Below are positions 10,509 through 19,200 of a stretch of DNA of 64,000 bases, piece by piece (positions within the stretch are counted from its first letter, which is position 1; each line of letters starts with the position of its first letter). The notes under the pieces are model-generated. The model was not told the DNA's origin. It ran no database searches and was given only the letters and a program-made list of their open reading frames with translations. The position numbers and the translations under genes are program-made. Source of the stretch: Longimicrobiales bacterium (GTDB taxonomy: Bacteria > Gemmatimonadota > Gemmatimonadetes > Longimicrobiales > Gaopeijiaceae). The stretch spans positions 704,001-768,000 of the forward strand of contig OZ252251.1 of assembly GCA_965249725.1 (NCBI GenBank), read 5' to 3'.

Positions 10509-11206
10509 GCGGCGTGCGAGGAGCCCGGCGAGGAGCCCGGCGAGGAGCCCGGCGGCGGGCCCGGCGGTGGGCCCGGCGGGGGGGAGCGTTGGCCTTGCTG
10601 TTCCTGGCGCCTCTTGCTCTCGCATCGTGCACGGGATCTGGAGGCGAGTCTTCGTCTGAGGGCGGAGATGTGCCTGAGGCCTCGGTCGAAGCCGCCGCGA
10701 CGTGCGTGGAGTCGATGGGCTCGCTCGGATTAGGTGCCTCGTTGAACGGCCGGGCTGGAGAGTACGTGCTGACGATGGTGGGAGGCGCCGAGGGCGACGA
10801 CCCGGCTTCCGTCCAGGGAGCCCTCGCTCTGCAGGATCAATTAGAAGATCTGAGGCAGTTTTCAGGGAGCGGCGGAGACGCGATTCCCGGCGTACTCTCG
10901 CCCCTCTTTGGCACGACCGATGTGGGCGTCGAGGGCGTGGGAGCACTCCGGGTCGGTGATCTGTCGAGTGTCGATCCCGCTGCTCCCGGCGTCCTCGTCA
11001 TCGAGAGCAAGACTGCCGAAGGGCCCAGCATTCTCCTTCGGTTCGGGTCTGATGCGAACCGTCGGGACGTGGTTCGCTTCGACGGTGGATTCACGGTCCT
11101 GGAGCTCACCGAGATCAGGGACGACGGGTTTAGCGGGAGGTGGAACAGCGGCGCACAGGGCCCGAGAGCAGCCGGGTATTTCTGTGCCGAGCTGGTGTCG
11201 GGCTAA
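10505..11206 (+). CDS. Hypothetical lipoprotein
   Basis: ATGA overlap with the upstream stop; LASC lipobox. Confidence 0.7.
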   Translation: MSGVRGARRGARRGARRRARRWARRGGALALLFLAPLALASCTGSGGESSSEGGDVPEASVEAAATCVESMGSLGLGASLNGRAGEYVLTMVGGAEGDDPASVQGALALQDQLEDLRQFSGSGGDAIPGVLSPLFGTTDVGVEGVGALRVGDLSSVDPAAPGVLVIESKTAEGPSILLRFGSDANRRDVVRFDGGFTVLELTEIRDDGFSGRWNSGAQGPRAAGYFCAELVSG

Positions 11207-11324
11207 CGGTCCCCGGCAACTTTTCCGCCGCTCGAATGGTCCAACTGCGCAAAGAGAAACCCCTCGGGCGTTACCCGCGTAGGGGGGTTGCAGGAGAGAC
11301 ACAGAACTTCAACGGGAGCCGAAC

Positions 11325-11612
11325 AGCGCCATGATGACCGGGGAGCGCGTGGGCGTCGGCCACGACCCGAGCCGCGGGGCCGCCTACGTCGAGGGGTGGG
11401 TCGCTGCCCTCGAGGAGGATCCCCGGGAGATCCGCCGCGCCGCGGCCGACGCACAGAAGATCTCCGACTTCGTGCTCGCCCGAAGCCGTGAGCGCCAGGT
11501 CGAGCGCGAGCCGGCGCCCGTGGCCGCCACCCGCGCCCCCGCCCGGGAGCCCGCCGTCCGGCCGGAGCTTCCGCTGCCGCTACCGAACCGGAGCTTCGGC
11601 CCGCGCCGCTGA
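11325..11612 (+). pseudogene. ArdC-like antirestriction protein, C-terminal fragment
   Basis: SAMMTG...HDPSRGAAYVEGWVAAL..DPREIRRAAADAQKISDFVL; N-terminal part absent. Confidence 0.7.
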
Positions 11613-11630
11613 CGCCCAAGGAGGGACAAC

Positions 11631-12512
11631 ATGATGGACCGAACGATCGAATCGGACCCGCGCCCCGCCGCGCCACAAAGCCGCACTCACTACCGCATGC
11701 GGGACGGCCATCGCCGAGAATACGACGCGCGCGAGGGCGCCGGGTCCATCTCCTTCCGCGACCGCTCCGAGCGGGCGCTCGCCGATGTGGGCATCTACCG
11801 CTGCGTCTCGTTCCGGGACCTGGCCGAGACCCATTTCGGCGGGCATCCTTACACCACCCGGCGGGCCGTGAACGCCTGGATCCGCGAAGGGCTCGCCAAG
11901 GAGTCCACGGCCGAGGGGCCGAAGGGAAGGCCGTTCAAGGTTCTGACGCTCACACGGAGCGGCGTCGCCGCCACACGTGAGCTGGCCTCCGCGCGAGGGC
12001 TGGATCCCGGCCAGGAGATCGGTATCGCTCGCCTCCAACGCTCCCAGCTCGCACACGACACCGCGATCTACAGGGCCTGCGGGCTCGAGCGCCAACGCCT
12101 GCTTGAGCGGGGCGCCACCATCCGGCGCGTGCGGCTCGACGGCGAGCTCAAGAGCACCGTCGCACGCAAGAGCGAGGCCGCAAGGGTGAGAGACGGCCGG
12201 CGGGCCGGCGACGCCGAACGGCACCGCGCCGCCCAAGAACTGGACCTGCCTATCGACGCCCGGGGACGCGTGCTCTACCCCGATGCACAGATCGAATACA
12301 CCGACTCCGACGGGCGGAGCGGCCGCGTCAACATCGAGGTCGCCTCCGGCAACTACCGCCAGGGAGCGGTCCGGGCCAAGGCCGCCGCCGGGTTCCGGAT
12401 GCATGCCAACGGACCGGCCGGGAGACGGGTCCTCCGAATCCTCGGGCCGGGCAACGATCGTAGCTCCCTGCGCGGCCCGGCCGAGCACGACCCCGCGGCG
12501 CTCGAGCTCTAA
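11631..12512 (+). CDS. Replication-relaxation (Replic_Relax)-like wHTH + PD-(D/E)xK protein
   Basis: N-terminal wHTH (LTLTRSG), LAHD, YPDAQIEY...VNIEVAS. Confidence 0.55.
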   Translation: MMDRTIESDPRPAAPQSRTHYRMRDGHRREYDAREGAGSISFRDRSERALADVGIYRCVSFRDLAETHFGGHPYTTRRAVNAWIREGLAKESTAEGPKGRPFKVLTLTRSGVAATRELASARGLDPGQEIGIARLQRSQLAHDTAIYRACGLERQRLLERGATIRRVRLDGELKSTVARKSEAARVRDGRRAGDAERHRAAQELDLPIDARGRVLYPDAQIEYTDSDGRSGRVNIEVASGNYRQGAVRAKAAAGFRMHANGPAGRRVLRILGPGNDRSSLRGPAEHDPAALEL

Positions 12513-12521
12513 GGACCTCGC

Positions 12522-12836
12522 GTGCAACCCTGGAAGATCAGCGTAGGGCTCAGCGCTGCCCTTGCCGGCTCGGTCGTCCTCCTAGCCGGATCCCGCCTCG
12601 AGTACCTCGCGCCGTTCTGGCGGATGATACTCGCCGACCATGGCGCCTCGCTCGTGATGCACCTCGGGCTGGCGCTCGCGGCGGTCGCGGCCGCCATCTA
12701 CGCCATCGCCCGCGGTGCCGGGCTCGCCGACCTGGGCCGCCGCGTCGATCTCGCCGAACGCTCCGTCCGCCGCGGCGAGGGCGATCCCGCACTCGCCGAC
12801 GCGCTCCGCAGGGATGCGGAGGGCGAGTGGGACTGA
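12522..12836 (+). CDS. Small membrane protein
   Basis: Two hydrophobic helices; follows the Replic_Relax-like gene. Confidence 0.55.
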   Translation: MQPWKISVGLSAALAGSVVLLAGSRLEYLAPFWRMILADHGASLVMHLGLALAAVAAAIYAIARGAGLADLGRRVDLAERSVRRGEGDPALADALRRDAEGEWD

Positions 12837-12884
12837 GCCCAGACCCTTGCCGGGGCTGGACGCGTCCCCGGAAGACGCACTCCC

Positions 12885-13019
12885 GATGTGGAGCTGGTGA
12901 GCCTCGAACTACGACTGGTGAAATGGATCGTCGGTGCCGCGCTGGCCGGCGCCGGCCTCGTCATCGCGGCCGTATGGCTCTTCGGCGGCCAGCCTTACAT
13001 CCCCGTTTTTGGGGCTTAG
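12885..13019 (+). pseudogene. DUF1640/CCDC90-like C-terminal remnant
   Basis: LELRLVKWIVGAALAGAGLVIAAV. Confidence 0.4.
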
Positions 13020-13403
13020 GAGCCGTCCCAAGAAGGCTTAGCAGCTTCTGGGCGCCTAGAAGCCGTTTACCCCCCCGGATCCGTCTCCAGGTCCTCGACG
13101 TCGGCCTGCTCCGCGCCGCCCTCGCCCTCCTGGAAGCCGAACTCGGCCGCGATGGACCAGCTGCAAGCGACCGGCAGCCCCAAGTCGCCGGTCGCGTCCA
13201 GCGTCGCGCCGAGGTCGGCCGATCGCCAAATCAAGACCGCAGGCTCGCCGCCGAGCATCGTGATCGTCACGTCTCCTCCTCCTGGGCCATTCGGCAGGGT
13301 TGACCTCATCCGGGAATCGTGACCGTAGGGACCCGTAACCACGGGACACAGCGGCCGATATAGCCGGTGGAGGCCCGTCCGGTCTGGCCCGCCCGGGATC
13401 CAC

Positions 13404-15500
13404 CTACGCCTCGTGGGGGTCGGGCATGCGGTAGCCGACGCCGTGCTCGTTGAAGATGTAGGCGGGAGTGGAGGCGCTGTCGCCGAGCTTGTGGCGGAGC
13501 CTCTTGACGGCCGATCGGATGCGGTCGGCGTTGTCGGCGTGGCGCCTGCCCCACACCCGGCGGAGCAGGACGCGGGTCGTCACGACATCCCCGGCGTTGA
13601 GGGAAAGGACGCGGAGGAGATCGAACTCGGTGGCCGTGAGCGGGACCACTTGGCCGGCCAGGCTCACCCGCCGGGGTCCGTAGTCGATGGCGAGGTCGCC
13701 GAGGACGAACGTCTCGGGCTCGGCCCGGTCCCTGAGCGCGGCCTGGACACGGGCCACGAGCTCGGTGGGGGAGAACGGCTTGACGATGTAGTCGGCCGCG
13801 CCGCTCTCGAGCGCCTTGGCGATCGTCTCGTCGCGCCCGTAGGCGGAGATGAAGATGACAGGGAGGTGGTCGAGCTCGGGCACCTGCTTCATGAGCTCGA
13901 TGCCGTCGGTTCCGGGGAGCATCAGGTCGAGGAGCACGAGGCCGGGCCTCTCGGAGCGGATCAAGCGGGAGAGCCCTGCCGGATCGCCCGTGACGACCGG
14001 CGCGTAGCCTGCGTCGGACAGCACGCTCCTCACGTAGCGCAGCGTCTCGGGATCGTCGTCGAGGATGAGGATCGGCGTCTTCGCGCGGCCTCGCCCGGGA
14101 GCGCGCGGCGGGCCGCCGGACGGCGCTCCCTCCGGGGCGGCGCCTCCGGCGACCGGGATCGTGAACGTGAAGCGGGATCCGAGGCCCATCCCTCCGCTCT
14201 CGGCCCGGATGCGGCCGGCGTGCGCCTCGACGAGCCCTTTGCATATCGCGAGGCCGAGTCCGGTGCCTCCGGCCAGCCCGGCCCGCTTGCGGAAGAGGTG
14301 CGGGACTGCGTCGGGGGATGGCGGCCCCCGCCGGTCAGGAACGTGGTGCGGGCCTGGTCGACGAGCGCGGCGACGTTCGAGGGCTCGGGCGCGACGGTGA
14401 GCGTCCCCGCCTCGATGCTGCCCGCGTCGAGGAGGTTCGCGATCAGGCGCCTCATGCGGTCGGCCTGCCCGTCGATGATGCGGAAGAACTGGCGCATCTC
14501 GGCCCGCGTCGGAGCCGGGGCGGCGTGGAGCACGGTCGTCGTCGAGCCCTTGATCGAGGTGAGCGGCGCGCGCAGCTCGTGGCTCACCATCTCGAGGAAC
14601 TCCGCCCGCTGCCGCTCGAGCTCCTCGAGCGGCGCGAGATCCTGCATCGTGACGACGACCGAGACGACCATGCCGTCGTCCGAGCGGATGGGGGTGGCGT
14701 TGACGAGCGTGCGCATGCTCCGCCCGTCGGGCACCGACAGCTCGATCTCCTCGGCGTGGGTCCCCGTACTGCCCTCGAGCTGGTGGACAAGGGGAAGCTC
14801 TTCGAAGGAGACCTCCCGCCCGTCGGCGCGCCGGCAGGTCACCACGTCGAGGAGCTGTTCGGTGGGGCAGCCCGGCGTCCGGATCTCCTCGACGATGCGC
14901 CGCGCCTCACGGTTGAGCGAGACCGCCCGGCCGGTGGCCGCGTCCAGCACCACGACGCCGACCGGCGAGGTCTCGACCAGCGCCTCGAGGTTGGCCCGCG
15001 CCCGCTCCACGTCGCGGTGCGTCCTGGCGTTCACGATCGCCGTCGCCGCCTGCGAGGCGAAGAGCACCAGGATCTCCTCGTCCTCGGCGGTGAACGCCTC
15101 CCCGTCCTCCTTGTCGCCGAGGAAGAAGTGGCCGAGATGCTCGCCCCGGTGGTGCATCGGAGCTCCCTGCAGCGACCTGGAGGCCCAGGGGACCGCGGAA
15201 AAGCCGAGCGATTTCAGGTAACCGGAAAGGTCCGCCACCCGAAGCGGCCCCGGACGGTCCCACAGGTGCTCGAAGAGCCGAGGCCCGTCCGGCCACTCGA
15301 TGATCTCCCGGCGCTCCTCCCGCGAGACGCCGGAGGTGATGAAGCTCCGGATCCGTCCCCGCTCGCAGACCATCGCAATCGCACCGGAGTTGGCACCGGT
15401 GAGCGAGCGGGCGCCCGCGATGGCTTCCCGGAGCACCCTGGCCACATCGAGGCTCTGGCTGATGCGGAGGATCGCCGCGCTCAGCCGGGACGCGCGGTCC
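13404..15500 (-). pseudogene. Hybrid GAF-PAS-HisKA-HATPase-REC-OmpR wHTH regulator with an internal deletion/frameshift near 14320
   Basis: [10 protein letters not shown]-box; G2 box GTGLGLAIC in a different frame; N and G1 boxes missing; LLDLMLP, KPF and NEHGVGYR in 13404..14189. Confidence 0.8.
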
Positions 15501-15626
15501 GCCGAGGGTCCGCTCCGGTCCGGATCGCTGATCGTTCCGCTCCCGCCACAGGGTGAGACGTCCGGCGGGGGCTCCGCCGGACTGCCGGGGACGGAAAAGA
15601 TAGCGTCGCTCGGAAAAAGAGAAAAA

Positions 15627-15650
15627 CGCGTGTCACGACCATGACATGCG
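15627..15650. promoter_or_regulatory. TGTCA-N6-TGACA palindrome (possible CRP/FNR-family-type operator)
   Basis: CGCGTGTCA-cgacca-TGACATGCG in an AT-rich intergenic region. Confidence 0.35.
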
Positions 15651-15704
15651 GGTTTTCCACAATGTCACAACTCAGGCACGAAATACCGCCTAGATTGTCG
15701 GCAA

Positions 15705-15732
15705 GCTCCCGATAATTGCAGTTATCGGGAGC
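15705..15732. other. Candidate tyrosine-recombinase crossover site (11-6-11)
   Basis: GCTCCCGATAA-ttgcag-TTATCGGGAGC perfect inverted arms about 60 bp past the recombinase stop. Confidence 0.65.
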
Positions 15733-15791
15733 AAAGCATCAAGAAAAATGTGACAAGAGCGCGCAAAGGCAACCCCGGCGGCCTTCGGCGC

Positions 15792-16125
15792 TCACTTGCG
15801 CTTCTGCAGCCGTGCGAGCTGCGCGGCGCCGTTCCGCTGCGCGAGCAGCCGCTCGCCGTAACGCTGCACCATCGAGGCGCTCTTCCAGCGCCCGGCCTGC
15901 ATGATCGCGGGGATCCCGATCCCCGAAGCGATCATGTCCTGGGCCGCCCCCACGCGCGGGCTGTGCCCGGAGATCCGCCGCACCACGTCGGAAGGCAGGC
16001 CCGCGCGCTCGGCCATCGCGCGGTAAATGCGCGGCACATGGCTTGGGTCGAGCGCCTCGCCCAAGGCGCCGTCCTTCGTGACCGAACGGAACAGCCTGCC
16101 CGAAGCGATGCCTGTGCGCGCCCGC
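15792..16125 (-). pseudogene. Cre-like tyrosine recombinase, C-terminal fragment
   Basis: LFR, GHSPRVGAAQDM, AGRWKS..MVQRY (H-x-x-R, W, Y); N-terminus missing. Confidence 0.85.
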
Positions 16126-16204
16126 GGCAGCCCACGGCCACGGCTGTCGGGGAGCGCCGCCACTCGCTCGCCTCCACACGGCGTGCCTGCTCCTGCTCGG
16201 GGCG

Positions 16205-19200
16205 TTGGCGCTGGCGCTGCCCGTTCCAGCGCAGGCCCAGGCGCCGATGCCGAGCGTCTGCGATCGCACCAGTCAGGTAAGGGATGTCATCGTGAGTGAG
16301 GTATCCGGCGTGAGTAACTGCGCCAACATCACCACCACGCACCTGGCGGCGATCCTCGAACTGGATTTCGATCCCGCCAACAACAGGAGCATACACAGCC
16401 TCCAGTCGGGCGACTTTGCGGGTCTCACCGGGCTGAAGGTCCTGAATCTGCATAACAACAACCCCGTAGGTAGTGGACGCACGTTGACACTTCCGGCGGA
16501 TATTTTCGACGGTCTCACCTCGCTTGAGGAATTGGATCTCGGCCGAAACGCGATCCCGAGCCTGCCCACCGGTGTTTTTGACGATCTCACCGTCTTGACT
16601 GACTTGAACCTCAATGGTGGCGATATCGCCAGCGTGTCCGCGAATGTGTTCAGTCGCCTCTCGAACCTTGAATTGCTGAATTTGACCAGTTCGGCACCCG
16701 CGCTGCCCGCCGGCATTTTCGACGGCCTGACCAAGCTGACTCGATTGGTATTGCATTCACCTAGTCTCTCCTCTGGCCTGACCAGTATTCGCAGCGACCT
16801 CTTCGACGAACTGACCGCGTTGGAATCCCTGTCGCTTCAAGGTTTCAGCCTTTCGACGCTTCCGGCGGATATATTCGACAACCTGGCCCGTCTGACCGAA
16901 TTGATCATCGGCAACAATGGGCTGACGAGTCTGCCCGCCGGCATTTTCAACAACCTCCCCGGCCTGACCACGTTGTACGTAGCGGGTGAGGCGATCTCGA
17001 GCCTGCCGCTCGGGATTTTCGACAACGTCACTCGGCTGACTTACCTGGGCCTCTATGACAACCGCCTGCAGACGCTACCGGACGACCTGTTCGAACGACT
17101 CACCGCGCTCCAGGCGCTCGTTTTCCACGGCAATCCCGGCATGGACAGCTTCGTCCCCACGGCCGTGGCCGGCGACAACCAGGCGGTCGCGCCGGGCGCG
17201 GCGGTGACGCTTGACGCCACCGCCAGCGGCGGCGCCTGGGGCACGAACGTCACCTACGCCTGGACCCAGGCCAGCGGCGCGCCGGTGGACCTGACGGGTG
17301 CCGGCACCGCCACGCCGAGCTTCACCGCGCCGGACTCTGCGGGCGATCTCGAATTCGAGCTCGCCGTGATGGGCGTGAGTTGCGGGGCTTATTGTCAAGG
17401 GGACCAGCCAAGCGCGCTTACGTCGACCGGCAGGGTGACGGTCCAGGTGGGCCCAGTCGTCTCCATCACCCCCGGTCTCCAGTCCGTTGCCGAGGATGCC
17501 GGCGAGGCCGTGCTCACGATTTCGCTGCACCGGCCCGCCGAGTCCGCGCTGTCCGTTTCCTGGCATACGCAGGATGAACGTGCGGACGCGCCGGCCGACT
17601 ACACCGCCCGGCAGGATGCGGTAACCTTTGCCGCCGGAGAAGACCGGAAGACCATCTCCGTCTCCATCGTGGACGACGCGGTGCGGGAGGACCCGGACCC
17701 GGTCTATGGCTTGCACGAGAACTTCTGGGTCATCCTCGAGGCAGGCCAGGACTACACCCGTGGAGACGAGTTCGCCGCCATCGTGGAAATCGTCGACAAC
17801 GACGGCGACGCCCCGGGGGACGTGACGCCGCCGCGGCTCCTCCAAAGGACGGTGAACGGGACCACGCTGGTGCTGACCTACGACGAGACGCTCGACGACG
17901 CGTCGGTCCCGGCGGTGGGCGACTTCGTCGTGCAGTCCGGGGGGAACACCATCAACGTGAGCCAAGTGAGCGTCGACGGATCGAGAGTGACGCTGACGCT
18001 GGCCGCCCCCGTCCAGCCCAACCAGGCGGTGTCGATCGACTACACGCCGGGGGCGAACCCGATTCAGGACGCGGCGGGCAACGACGCGGCGCCGCTCTCG
18101 GGCACGGACGTGACGCCGCCGCATCTCACCCGGGCGGCGGTGAACGCGGGCACGCTGGTGCTGACCTACGACGAGACGCTCGACGTCGCGTCGGCCCCGG
18201 CTCCGGGCGACTTCGTCGTGACGGCGGCGGGGAACTCGGTCGGTGTCAGCGGCGTGAGCGTGGGCGGATCAAGGGTGACGCTGACGCTGGCCACCGCCGT
18301 CCAGGCGAACCAGGCGGTGACGCTCGACTACACGCCGGGCGCGAACCCGACCCAGGACGTGGCGGGCAACGACGCGGCGGCGCTCTCCGGACAGGCCGTG
18401 ACCAACAACACTCCGGGAAGCGGTGAAGGCAGCGGCGGTGGCGGAGGGGACCCCTCGGTGCCGGGCGCGCCCGCGTCCCTGACGGCGACGGCGGGCGACG
18501 AAGAGGTGGAGATCGTCTGGAGTGCCCCTGCGGACGATGGCGGCGCACCCGTCACCGGCTACGAGTACCGCTACGCGGCGGGAGACGCGGTGCCCGGGGA
18601 CACGCCTTGGCAATCCGCCGGACTGAACCTCGAGTGGACGGTGACCGGCTTGACCAACGGCCAGGAGTACGCCTTCGAGATGCGGGCGCGGAACAGCGTG
18701 GGCGAAGGCCCGGCACGGGGAGCCCTGGCCACTCCGGGGGGGCAGCCGGGCGTGCCGTCATCCCTGACGGCGACGGCGGGCGACGAAGAGGTGGAGCTCG
18801 TCTGGAGCGCGCCCGCGGACGATGGCGGCGCACCCGTCACCGGCTACGAGTACCGCTACGCGGCGGGAGACGCGGTGCCCGGGGACACGCCTTGGCGGTC
18901 CGCGGGGCTGAGCCTCCAGTGGACGGTGACCGGACTGACCAATGGCCAACAGTACGCCTTCGAGGTGCGGGCGCTGAGCCGCGTGGGCGAGGGTGCAGCA
19001 CGGGGAGCCCTGGCCACTCCGGTGGGCGCGCCGGGCGCGCCCGCGTCTCTGACGGCGACGGCGGGCGACGGAGAGGTGGAGCTCGTCTGGAGTGCGCCCG
19101 GGGCCGATGGCGGCGCGCCCGTCACCGGCTACGAGTACCGCTACGCGGCGGGAGACGCGGTGCCCGGGGCGATGCCCTGGCAAGAGGCCGACGGCGACGG

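Noticed and set aside
11305..11325. CTTCAACGGGAGCCG as a type I-G-like CRISPR repeat
   Set aside because: Single occurrence, no array
13413..15556. Long plus-strand ORFs (602 aa, 412 aa) and similar antisense ORFs elsewhere
   Set aside because: Shadow frames of real genes in high-GC DNA, with no recognisable motifs
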